Below are positions 25,689 through 34,577 of a stretch of 64,000 bases of DNA, in pieces. How positions within the stretch are numbered: position 1 is the first letter of the stretch; every line of letters begins with the position of its first letter. This stretch comes from an uncultured Roseicyclus sp. GTDB lineage: Bacteria; Pseudomonadota; Alphaproteobacteria; Rhodobacterales; Rhodobacteraceae. The stretch covers positions 1,226 through 65,225 of the forward strand of contig CAZTUG010000003.1 of the NCBI GenBank assembly GCA_964615955.1. The letters are read 5' to 3'. Both the position numbers and the translations under genes were made by a program. A model generated the notes under the pieces. The model was not told the DNA's origin, did not search any database, and saw only the letters and a list, made by a program, of their open reading frames with translations.

Positions 25689-27071
25689 ATGACCGCGATG
25701 ATGCACCGCCTCTTGTTGATCGTTCCCCTTGCCGCGCTGTTCGTGATCGGACTTTCGGCGGTTCCGTCTTTCGTTGCGGACGGTCGGATGGCCTCGATGG
25801 CGTTTGCCGACGACGACGACGATGGCGGCGGCAACGACGACGATGACGGCGGTGGCGGTGGTGGCGCGGCCGGGGCAACCGACGACGATGAAGGGCGGTT
25901 TCCCGTGTTCGGGAACCGTCCGCGCACGCCGCAGGCTGGCCCAGCCGGCCCGCAGGCACCCGATTTCGCCCCGGACGAGATCGTGACCCTTGCGCTGACC
26001 GAGGCGGATCTTGCCGTGCTTGTGGGGCAGGGCTTCACCGTGCTGGATGAACAGGCGCTGGAAGCGTTAGATACCACGTCCCGCCGTTTGCGCATCCCCA
26101 ACGACCTGACGCTGGACGAGGCACGCGAAGCCGCCCGCGGTGTTCCCAGCGGGCAGGACGCCGACTTCAACCACTATTATCGCTCCGAACAGGCGTTTTC
26201 GTCGAGTTGCCGAGGCGTCGACTGCCCGGCGCGCATCCTTGTGGACTGGCCACTGGACCTGTCGCGCGACGGTGGCTGCGGCAACGGCGTCCGGATCGGG
26301 ATGATCGACACCGGCATCAATGCCGCGCACACCACCTTCACGGGTGCCGATCTGGAGGTGCTGCGGCTGGGCGATGAAGCCTTGCCCGAATCCGGTGCCT
26401 TGCACGGAACCGCCGTCGCGGCTCTTCTGGTGGGCGACCCGGGCTCCCGTTCGCCCGGCCTCGTTCCCGGGGCCAGCCTGATCGCCGTCGATGCCTTCCA
26501 CAGTTCGGGCGGTGACGAACGCACCGATGTCTTCACCTTGCTGTCGGGCCTCGACCATCTGGCGGAGGCCAGGGTGTCGATCATCAACCTGAGCCTCGCC
26601 GGACCGCCCAATGCCGTGCTGGAACGCGCCGTGACGCAGCTGGTGGAAGCCGAGGATATCGTCCTTGTCGCAGCCGTGGGCAATGACGGGCCCGCTGCCG
26701 ATCCGGCCTATCCGGCGGCCTATGCGTCCGTTATCGCCGTGACGGCGGTGGACCGCGACGGCGTGGTCTACCGCCGCGCGATCACCGGCTCGCATGTGGA
26801 TATTGCCGCGCCCGGGGTCGATGTCTGGACCGCCGCCTCGATCAGCGGCGCCCGCCCGAAGACCGGCACGTCCTACGCGGTGCCCTTCGTGACGGCGGCG
26901 GCGGCCATCTTGCGCGATACCCGCCCGGAACTGCGCGCCGCCGAAGTCGCGGCGGCCTTGCAGGCGCTGGCCCGCGATATCGGGGATCCCGGCCCGGACA
27001 ATGTCTATGGCGCGGGGCTGGTGCAATTCGATCCGGTCTGCAGCGACCGGCCCCTGATCCTTCCGGACTGA
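25689..27071 (+). CDS. S8 family serine peptidase (subtilase) with N-terminal signal/anchor and poly-Asp/Gly tract
   Basis: ATG at 25689, in frame with track ORF 25269... Hydrophobic N-terminus MHRLLLIVPLAALFVIGLSAV, then ADDDDDGGGNDDDDGGGGGG. Catalytic triad contexts GMIDTGI (Asp), HGTAVAALL (His) and GTSYAVPFVTAAAA (Ser). Confidence 0.9.
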   Translation: MTAMMHRLLLIVPLAALFVIGLSAVPSFVADGRMASMAFADDDDDGGGNDDDDGGGGGGAAGATDDDEGRFPVFGNRPRTPQAGPAGPQAPDFAPDEIVTLALTEADLAVLVGQGFTVLDEQALEALDTTSRRLRIPNDLTLDEAREAARGVPSGQDADFNHYYRSEQAFSSSCRGVDCPARILVDWPLDLSRDGGCGNGVRIGMIDTGINAAHTTFTGADLEVLRLGDEALPESGALHGTAVAALLVGDPGSRSPGLVPGASLIAVDAFHSSGGDERTDVFTLLSGLDHLAEARVSIINLSLAGPPNAVLERAVTQLVEAEDIVLVAAVGNDGPAADPAYPAAYASVIAVTAVDRDGVVYRRAITGSHVDIAAPGVDVWTAASISGARPKTGTSYAVPFVTAAAAILRDTRPELRAAEVAAALQALARDIGDPGPDNVYGAGLVQFDPVCSDRPLILPD

Positions 27072-27163
27072 AATGGTCCGCCGCCTTGCGGGCGACAGGG
27101 CGCCCGTCATTCATCGAGGGATCATCCCGCCGGTCGCGCGTCCGCCCGCAAGGTCTGTCCGCT

Positions 27164-27511
27164 TCAGCCTGCGCAGTCCCGACACCGGATCAACGTGGGA
27201 TCGAGCTCAAGCCGCTGCTGCCCGATAAATTCGCCGCACTCCTCGCACCAGCCGAATTCACCCGAGTCCATCCGCCGGACGGCGGCCTCAAGCGCCCTGA
27301 TCCGTCCAAGCCGCCGCGTTTGCTGGGCGGCGGCCATGGCCTGTTGTTGCATCGCATCCATTCGGCTGAGCCGGCCGACGCTCTGCTGGTCAAGCTCCAC
27401 GGGCCGACGGTCTGCCGATGTCTGCACGGAGGCCGTGCGCAGGCTCTGCAACTCGTCGCGAAGCCGCGGCAGGAACGTGGTCTTCAAGTGCGCGGGGCCG
27501 CGGTCCGTCAT
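27164..27511 (-). CDS. TraR/DksA family C4-type zinc-finger protein
   Basis: 115 aa. Coiled N-terminal part and C-terminus CEECGEFIGQQRLELDPTLIRCRDC (CxxC-N17-CxxC). Lies 3 nt downstream of the Usp gene. Confidence 0.85.
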   Translation of the reverse strand: MTDRGPAHLKTTFLPRLRDELQSLRTASVQTSADRRPVELDQQSVGRLSRMDAMQQQAMAAAQQTRRLGRIRALEAAVRRMDSGEFGWCEECGEFIGQQRLELDPTLIRCRDCAG

Positions 27512-27514
27512 GCC

Positions 27515-28369
27515 CTACCTCATCAGCACCACGGGCACCTTGCAGGTACGGACCATTTCGGTCGTGGTCGATCCGATCACGAGACTGCGAATGCGGCTGT
27601 GCCCATAGGCACCCATGACGACCATGCCGAAACCTTCCTCCTCGACCATCTTGCCCAGCCCGGCTTCCGGTTGGCCGGAAACGATCCGCGTCTCGGCGTC
27701 GATGCCCGCAGCCTTCAGAAGCGCCTTCGCATCGGCAAGGCCCTTCTGCGCCTCGGACGTCTCGTTCCCGACGGTCACGATGGTGATGGCCAGTTGTGCA
27801 AACAGCGCGCTGCGCGAAATGTGATCCACCGCCTTCATCGCGGACACGCCGCCGTCATAGGCCACCAGAACGCTTTCGATCGGCTTGAAGGCGCGGGCGG
27901 CCACGAAGACGGGACGGTGTGCCGCCCGCACGATCCGCTCCAGGTTCGATCCCAGATGGCCCTTTGCGAAATCCGCCGCTTCGCCGCGCTTGCCGATGAC
28001 GATGACGCGGGCATCGCCTTCGATCTCGCCGATGGCCTCGACGATGTCGCCATGGCGCAGGCGGGTGGTGATTTCGGTCACCCCGTCCTGATCCACGATG
28101 GCGCGCGCATCCTCAAGGATGGCGCGGCCCCGGTGGCTCACCAGCTTCGCGCGCTGCGCGTCCAATTCGGCCAGTTCCTCCATCAATCTCGTGCGGGCGC
28201 CAAGGCGAATCGCGCCGGAAAGGTCCCGATTGCCCGTGCCGTCGCGGCGCCCCAGCACATGGATCAACTCCACCGGCGATTGCGTGCGCTGCGAAATCCA
28301 GGCGGCATGGCGGCAGACGCTTTCGGAATAGACGGACCCGTCCACAAGGGCGATGATCTTGTCTGTCAT
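27515..28369 (-). CDS. universal stress protein (tandem UspA domains)
   Basis: ATG at 28369, after GGGAGA. MTDKIIALVDGS..., two Usp repeats, C-terminus GHSRIRSLVIGSTTTEMVRTCKVPVVLM. Confidence 0.85.
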   Translation of the reverse strand: MTDKIIALVDGSVYSESVCRHAAWISQRTQSPVELIHVLGRRDGTGNRDLSGAIRLGARTRLMEELAELDAQRAKLVSHRGRAILEDARAIVDQDGVTEITTRLRHGDIVEAIGEIEGDARVIVIGKRGEAADFAKGHLGSNLERIVRAAHRPVFVAARAFKPIESVLVAYDGGVSAMKAVDHISRSALFAQLAITIVTVGNETSEAQKGLADAKALLKAAGIDAETRIVSGQPEAGLGKMVEEEGFGMVVMGAYGHSRIRSLVIGSTTTEMVRTCKVPVVLMR

Positions 28370-28383
28370 GGTCTTGGTCTCCC

Positions 28384-29874
28384 TCAATGGTCCATCAACG
28401 TGTCCATGGCGCCGGGCTTGTCATGGATGGCCAACCGGTCCACCAGCGTCTCGGTTGCGTCATTCATGCCCACCACCTCGACCTCGGCCCCGTCGCGCCG
28501 GAACTTGAGGATCGCCATGTCCAGCGCCTGCACCGAACTGATATCCCAGATATGCGCCGCACTCACGTCGATCACGACCCGCTCGGGCGCTTCCTTGAAA
28601 TCGAACGCGTCCATGAAATCCTCCACCGAGCCGTAGAAAAGCTGACCCTCGACGCGATAGGTCCGCACGCGGCCATCATCGCTGATATCCGAGGTGACGC
28701 GGAACAGCTGCGCGATCTTGCCGGCAAAGAAGATTCCCGACAGCAGCACGCCCACCAGCACACCGATGGCAAGGTTGTGGGTGTAGACCACGGTCGCGAC
28801 GGTGGCGATCATCACGATGGAGGACGACCGCGGATGCACCGCAAGGTTCTTGATCGACGACCACGAAAAGGTGCCGACCGAGACCATGATCATGATCGCG
28901 ACCAGCGCGGGCATGGGAATGATGCTGACCAGATCGCCAAGGCCGACGACCAGGACCAGCAGGAAGACACCCGCCACGAAGCACGACAGCCGCCCGCGCC
29001 CGCCCGACTTCACGTTGATGATGGATTGGCCGATCATGGCGCAGCCCGCCATGCCGCCGATGAAGCCCGTGGCGGTATTGGCCAGCCCCTGGCCCACACA
29101 TTCCTGGTTCCGGTTCGATTTCGTGTCGGTCAGGTCGTCCACGATGTTCTGCGTCATCAGGCTTTCAAGCAGGCCCACGACGGCGACGGCGACCGAATAG
29201 GGCAGGATGATCATCAGTGTCTCGAAGGTCGGCGCGATGTCGGGGATCAGGAAGACCGGCAGCGTGTCCGGAAGCGCGCCCATGTCGCCCACCGTGCGCA
29301 CGTCCAGCCCCAGCGCGAAGGTCAGCGCCGTCAGGACCACGATGGTCACGAGCGGCGAGGGAATGGCCGTCGTCAGAAGCGGCAAGAGATAGATGATCGC
29401 CAGTCCCATTGCGACCAGCGCATAGGTCAACCACGTGACATCGCGTGGGTCAAGCTCGGGGAATTGCGCCATGAAGATCAGGATCGCCAGCGCGTTGACG
29501 AAGCCGATCATCACCGATTTCGACACGTAACGCATGACGAAGCCAAGCCTCAGCACGCCCATGGCGATCTGCAACAGCCCCGCCAGCACAGTGGCCGCCA
29601 GCAGGTATTCAAGCCCGTGATCGCGCACCAGCGTGACCATCAGGACGGCTGTCGCGGCCGTCGCGGCCGAGATCATGCCGGGTCGCCCGCCCGTGATGGC
29701 GGTGATGACGGCTATGGAGAAGCTCGCGTAAAGACCCACCTTGGGGTCCACGCCCGCGATGATGGAAAAGGCGATGGCCTCGGGAATGAGGGCCAGCGCA
29801 ACGACAAGGCCTGCAAGCAGGTCGCCGCGGATGTTGCCAAGCCACTGGCTGCGATAAGCGTCGAGAGAAATCAT
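28384..29874 (-). CDS. SulP family inorganic anion transporter with C-terminal STAS domain
   Basis: ATG at 29874 gives [42 protein letters not shown], the canonical SulP start. A STAS domain lies at the C-terminus ([15 protein letters not shown]..). The extra 174 aa of the track ORF are not protein-like. Confidence 0.9.
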   Translation of the reverse strand: MISLDAYRSQWLGNIRGDLLAGLVVALALIPEAIAFSIIAGVDPKVGLYASFSIAVITAITGGRPGMISAATAATAVLMVTLVRDHGLEYLLAATVLAGLLQIAMGVLRLGFVMRYVSKSVMIGFVNALAILIFMAQFPELDPRDVTWLTYALVAMGLAIIYLLPLLTTAIPSPLVTIVVLTALTFALGLDVRTVGDMGALPDTLPVFLIPDIAPTFETLMIILPYSVAVAVVGLLESLMTQNIVDDLTDTKSNRNQECVGQGLANTATGFIGGMAGCAMIGQSIINVKSGGRGRLSCFVAGVFLLVLVVGLGDLVSIIPMPALVAIMIMVSVGTFSWSSIKNLAVHPRSSSIVMIATVATVVYTHNLAIGVLVGVLLSGIFFAGKIAQLFRVTSDISDDGRVRTYRVEGQLFYGSVEDFMDAFDFKEAPERVVIDVSAAHIWDISSVQALDMAILKFRRDGAEVEVVGMNDATETLVDRLAIHDKPGAMDTLMDH

Positions 29875-30477
29875 CAAAATGTTATCCGATACCGAACCTG
29901 CGCACCTTGCGCCGGATCGGTGTGCACCTGCACCGTTTTCCAGTTTGTCCGGCGGATCGGCGGCCGGAAGAGCCACCCGGAATCGCTTCCGGGTCCATGT
30001 TCGCTGCATTGCCGAATAAGGCTTGCGACGTGAAATGGCAACATTCAGACACGGCCTGTGGGCCGGATTGGGGCGTTCATGTCGGCATCGAGCCTCGCGT
30101 GCCCAGTTTGGCCGCAGGTCCGCAGTCGAGAATGACAGACGCGCGGAGGCCGCGAATTTAGGCCGTTTCGGGTTGGAATTGACCTTGGAAGGCCTACCTT
30201 GAGCGCCGATAACGTTGTCACAATCGAGAAGGGAACGAATCGCATGCAAAGTCCTTTGGATGGAGAAATGGCCGTTCTCTCCGAGCGCGGAGGCGCCGAG
30301 ATCGATTGTCGTCGGATGTGCTGCGGGGGCTGGCTGGACCGGGGGCGAACGCGACCAGACCATCGCAAAAACGGCGCCGTCGGCACCGCACCGCACCTGG
30401 CCGCCAGACGAAAAAGGATCACGTCGTCACAGAATGGCGCGGCGGCCGACCCTTGGCGATTTCTTCGATTCTGGAAC

Positions 30478-30948
30478 ATGCGGTTCAGGCCGGGCGTCGT
30501 TCGCGGCGCAGTGTTCGCAGTGGCGGTGTTCGGCTCCGCTGCCGTGTCCGCCGGTCTCGCATCCGCGCAATCGGCCGGCGACGAGGACCAACTGCGGATG
30601 GTGGGGCAGTGCCACGGCTGCCGTTTCGAGAATCTGGACGTCACTGGCGAGAGAATGGCAGGCCTCGATCTGACCGAGGCGACGATCCGGAATATGAATT
30701 TTTCTCACACTGCGTTGACCATTGCGATATTCGATTTCGCCGTTCTGGAGAACGTGAGCTTTGCGGCGGCCGATCTGAGCGGAGCCAGTTTCAGAGGCGC
30801 ACACCTGATCAATGTCTCGTTCGAAGATACCGACCTGCGTGGCGCTGTCTTTGAAGATGCAGCGCTGGAAGAGACCGAGTTGCAGGCAGGTCACCTCTGC
30901 AACACGCGGATGCCGGACGAGACCCTGGACAATTCAAACTGCAACTAG
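30478..30948 (+). CDS. pentapeptide repeat-containing protein with signal peptide
   Basis: ATG at 30478: MRFRPGVVRGAVFAVAVFGSAAVSAGLASAQS. Followed by A(D/N)LxX-type repeats (FENLDVTGERMAGLDLTEATIRNMNFSHTAL...ADLSGASFRGAHLINVSFEDTDLRGAVFEDAAL). Confidence 0.8.
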   Translation: MRFRPGVVRGAVFAVAVFGSAAVSAGLASAQSAGDEDQLRMVGQCHGCRFENLDVTGERMAGLDLTEATIRNMNFSHTALTIAIFDFAVLENVSFAAADLSGASFRGAHLINVSFEDTDLRGAVFEDAALEETELQAGHLCNTRMPDETLDNSNCN

Positions 30949-31026
30949 ACGGCTCGAAATCCACCGCCCGGAACGAACATCGCCCGCCCAAGTGCCGTAA
31001 ACGCGGCCGACCTTGCGGCCCCCCGG

Positions 31027-31938
31027 TCAGGCTCGCGGCAAGCTCCAGCCCGCATCGGCAAGCCGCGCGCGCAGCGCCTCCAGATCGGCGGCGGGCAGTG
31101 CATCCAGCGGCGGGCGCAGGGTGGCAAGCCGGGGATCGTCCATCTCGGCGCTCAACAGCGCCTTGGCGGCGGGGATCAGCGGACAGGACGAAAAGATCTT
31201 GCGCACCTCGGCCACCGGCGCCTGCAAAGCCTCGGCTTCGGGCGTGCCCAGGGCGTCGATGACAGCGCGGATCGCGGCGGGGTTGATATTGCCCGATGCA
31301 GTGATGCAGCCCACACCGCCCAAGGCATGGGACTTCACCAGCACGCCCTCGGAAGACGGGAAGATGCGAAAGCCGGGAAAGCGGTGCAGCATCGCCTCGG
31401 TATTCGCCCAGTCGCCGGAACTGTCCTTTATGCCCAAAACGGTGTCGGGGAAGTCGCGGATCAGGCGTTCGATCAGGTCATGGGGAATGCCCACGCCGGT
31501 CATCTGCGGGATGTGGTAGAGCCACAGGCCAAGATCGTCGGACCCGACGCCACGAATCACCGCCGCATACCAGTCGTAGAGACCGTCCACCGATACCGGC
31601 TTGTAATAGAACGGCGGCAGCGCCAGCACCCCGCCGCAGCCCAGCGCCACGGCATGTTTGGCCAGGGTGGTCGTATCGACAAGCGACGGCAGGCCGACGC
31701 CGGGCATCAGCGCTTCGGCGGGCACGTCCGCGGCGATCAGCGCCTCCAGAAGCGCCATCCGCTCGGCCATGCTCAGCGAATTGGCCTCCGAGGTGGTGCC
31801 GAACACGGCCAGCCCGTTGGCGCCATTGGCCAGCAGCCATTTGCAAGTATCCACGAACGCCGCCGCATCGACGGAGAGGTCTGCCTTGAACGGCGTGATC
31901 GCGGGCACAAGCAGCCCGCTGAAGAGTGTCGCAGCCAT
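31027..31938 (-). CDS. dihydrodipicolinate synthase family protein (DapA/NAL-type class I aldolase)
   Basis: ATG at 31938 gives MAATLFSGLLVPAITPFKADLSVD...GLAVFGTTSEANSLS. Also PFYYKP and IKDSSGD (Schiff-base Lys context). Confidence 0.85.
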   Translation of the reverse strand: MAATLFSGLLVPAITPFKADLSVDAAAFVDTCKWLLANGANGLAVFGTTSEANSLSMAERMALLEALIAADVPAEALMPGVGLPSLVDTTTLAKHAVALGCGGVLALPPFYYKPVSVDGLYDWYAAVIRGVGSDDLGLWLYHIPQMTGVGIPHDLIERLIRDFPDTVLGIKDSSGDWANTEAMLHRFPGFRIFPSSEGVLVKSHALGGVGCITASGNINPAAIRAVIDALGTPEAEALQAPVAEVRKIFSSCPLIPAAKALLSAEMDDPRLATLRPPLDALPAADLEALRARLADAGWSLPRA

Positions 31939-32682
31939 CTGTCCGGTGTTCCTTTCGGTATCCTGCCTGGCCGTTGCCGCGCGCGGATCTGGCGCGTCGT
32001 GCGGGCGGCTGCCCCGTCGTCGAGGATATGCGTTTCGCGTCAGAATGTTGTCAACTGAAACATCAGATCGGACAGAACGCGCCCGGGCGTGGCCCATGAA
32101 TGGCGCCCGGAACGGGCCTCATGGCCCGCAAGACCGGCAAGGCAACAGCCCGCGCGGCGGGGGCGTCCTTGGCCAATGCCAGCGCGCAGCGCAAGCCGGC
32201 ATGTTACCCACCCCCGTCACATCCATGCCCAACGCTTGGGCAAGAGGCGGATCTTCCGCCTCGATCGGGGCAGTCTTGGCCCAAAGGGAAGCCGCCTGCG
32301 ACAGGGGTGTGAAGAGGGCCTGCAAGGTTCGCGCCGGACACGAACCCGCGCAGTGCGCGTCATGGGGCGGGTCCGTCTGGGGGCCCGGCGGGCAAGTGGA
32401 TCAGGTCCTTGGCGCGTTTGGCCCTAACCTTCCGCGTGCAAGCGCTTGCACCTTCTGGCGACGACGCGGGCAGGGTCAGGCCCTTCTGGCCCATTCGCGG
32501 GCCAAATCTGGCCTTATGGAAATTGCTTGACGCAAAGAAAGCGCGCTGCCTAGCGTTTTGCGTGGCCCCATCGGTCGCATAATGACGGACCGCCCGAGGC
32601 GGCGATGGCGCAGGACAAGGCACCGCCCGAACCGCCCTGAAGCGACCCGCAGGAAACAAGACGATCCCGACAGGAGAGACCA

Positions 32683-33684
32683 ATGAAACAGACAATCGCC
32701 GCAGCCCTGGCTGGAACCGCGATCCTGGCCAGCGGGCAGTCCGCCCTTGCCGATGGTCACATCAGCGAAATCACCGTCGCCTATTTCCTCGAATGGCCCC
32801 TGCCGATGTATGACGCATGGGCCAATGGCGAATTCGAGGAGGCCATGGGCATCACCCTCAACTGGGTCTCGTTCGAGACCGGCACCGCCATGTCCGCCGC
32901 CATGGCATCGGGCGACGTGCAGATCGCCGTCTCCCAAGGTTTGCCGCCCTTTGTCGTGGCCGCTTCCGCCGGTCAGGATATCGAGGTCGTGGACGTCGCC
33001 GTGACCTATGCCGACAACGACAACTGCGTCGTGCGCTCGGATCTGGAAATCGACGCCGACAATGCCTCCGAACTGGCCGGGCGCCGCGTCGCCGTGCCGC
33101 TGGGCACCGCCGCCCATTACGGCTTCCTGCGCCAGATGGAGCATTTCGGCATCGATCTCGCCAGCCTCGTCATCGTCGACATGGCGCCGCCCGAAGGCGC
33201 CGCCGCCCTGTCGCAGGGTTCCGTGGATTTCGCCTGCGGCTATGGCGGTGGCCTGACCCGCATGCTGGAATACGGCAATGTCCTGCTGACCGGCGACGAG
33301 AAGACCGAACTGGGCATCCTCGTGTTCGACGTGATCTCGGCCCCTGCCGAATTCGTGGCGGAGAATCCCGACCTCGTGGCCTCGTTCCTGGCCGTGACAC
33401 AGGCCGCCAACGATCGCTGGAACGCCGGAGAGACCGAGGCGATGTTGCCCAATATCGCCGAACGTGCGGGCATGGATCTGGACGCCGCCCGCGCCTCCAT
33501 CGCGACCATGGGCTTTCCCAGCGCCGACGCGGTGCTTGGCCCGATCTGGATGGATGGCGGCATGGCCACCTTCATGGGGGGCGTGGCGAATGTCTTCGTG
33601 GAGGCCGGGTCCATCGACTCCGCGCTGGCCGACTACACCGATCGCGTGAATCCCGGCCCGCTGACCACCGCCGCCGGCAACTGA
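32683..33684 (+). CDS. ABC transporter substrate-binding protein (NitT/TauT family, taurine/aliphatic sulfonate-like)
   Basis: 333 aa with RBS AGGAGAG and signal peptide MKQTIAAALAGTAILASGQSALA. TauA/SsuA-like body (ITVAYFLEWP, GDVQIAVSQG, GRRVAVPLGTAAHY). Confidence 0.8.
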   Translation: MKQTIAAALAGTAILASGQSALADGHISEITVAYFLEWPLPMYDAWANGEFEEAMGITLNWVSFETGTAMSAAMASGDVQIAVSQGLPPFVVAASAGQDIEVVDVAVTYADNDNCVVRSDLEIDADNASELAGRRVAVPLGTAAHYGFLRQMEHFGIDLASLVIVDMAPPEGAAALSQGSVDFACGYGGGLTRMLEYGNVLLTGDEKTELGILVFDVISAPAEFVAENPDLVASFLAVTQAANDRWNAGETEAMLPNIAERAGMDLDAARASIATMGFPSADAVLGPIWMDGGMATFMGGVANVFVEAGSIDSALADYTDRVNPGPLTTAAGN

Positions 33685-33696
33685 TCGGCAAGGGGC

Positions 33697-33722
33697 GGGC
33701 CCGGCGGTTCCGGGCCCGTTTG
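33697..33722 (+). terminator. intra-operon hairpin/attenuating terminator after the SBP gene
   Basis: GGGCCCGG-cggtt-CCGGGCCC followed by GTTTG. Confidence 0.5.
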
Positions 33723-33753
33723 TCCCCGCCGCAGTCTGTCCCCGCCGCAGTCT
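33722..33753. repeat. 16-bp perfect tandem duplication GTCCCCGCCGCAGTCT x2
   Basis: Read directly. Located between the SBP and ATPase genes. Confidence 0.9.
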
Positions 33754-33770
33754 CAAATCGGAGCCCGCCC

Positions 33771-34577
33771 ATGACAGGACTGGCCATTCGAAACGTCTCC
33801 ATGCGCTTCGATCTGCCCAATGGCGGGTCGGTGCAGGCGTTGCAGGATGTCTCTCTCGACATCAAGGAGAGCGAGATCGTCAGCGTCCTTGGTCCCTCGG
33901 GTTGCGGCAAGACCACCCTTCTCAACATTGTCGCGGGCTTTCTTGCGCCGACATCCGGCATGATCGAGTTGAACGGTCACCGCGTCCATGGTCCCGATGC
34001 CGAACGCGGCATGGTGTTCCAGAAGGGCGCGCTGTTCGAATGGATGAACGTGCGCGAAAACGTCAGCTTCGGGCCGCGCATGAAGGGGCAGGGCCGCGCG
34101 CAATACGGCGCGACGGTCGATCACCTTCTCGATGTGGTCGGCTTGCGGGACTTCAAGGAAAAGGCGATCTACGAATTGTCCGGCGGCATGCAGCAGCGCG
34201 TTGCCCTTGCCCGCTGTCTCGCCAATGACCCCGACGTGATCTTGATGGACGAACCGCTCGGCGCGCTGGATGCGCTGACGCGCGAGAAGATGCAAAGCCT
34301 CGTGCTGAAGCTGTGGAAGGAAACCGGCAAGACCATCATTCTCATCACCCATTCGGTAGAAGAAGCGCTTTTGCTGGGCGAACGGCTTATCGTCATGGCC
34401 CCCCGTCCGGGGCGCATCCACCGCGAATACAACCTGCCTTTCGCCGATATGGGCGTCGGCGCCGACCTGCGCGAGGTCAAGAAACACCCCCGCTTCGCCG
34501 AGGTGCGCGAGGAAATCCTCGGCATGATCTGGGACATGGAGGAAGAGATCATGGGCCGGACGGAGACCGCGCAATGA
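33771..34577 (+). CDS. ABC transporter ATP-binding protein (NitT/TauT family)
   Basis: ATG at 33771. Walker A GPSGCGKTT, signature LSGGMQQRVALARCL, Walker B ILMDEPLGALD. Confidence 0.9.
   Translation: MTGLAIRNVSMRFDLPNGGSVQALQDVSLDIKESEIVSVLGPSGCGKTTLLNIVAGFLAPTSGMIELNGHRVHGPDAERGMVFQKGALFEWMNVRENVSFGPRMKGQGRAQYGATVDHLLDVVGLRDFKEKAIYELSGGMQQRVALARCLANDPDVILMDEPLGALDALTREKMQSLVLKLWKETGKTIILITHSVEEALLLGERLIVMAPRPGRIHREYNLPFADMGVGADLREVKKHPRFAEVREEILGMIWDMEEEIMGRTETAQ

Noticed and set aside
28387-30033. 548-aa plus-strand ORF rich in His/Asp/Arg/Gln
   Set aside because: It is antisense to the well-supported SulP transporter gene, with low-complexity composition and no recognisable domain.
29875-30477. 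N-terminal extensions of the SulP ORF (to 30396) and of the pentapeptide ORF (from 30199), or a small gene in the 600-bp gap
   Set aside because: The extensions are not protein-like and lack RBS support. The canonical family N-termini begin at 29874 and 30478. I could not support any feature in the gap from sequence alone.
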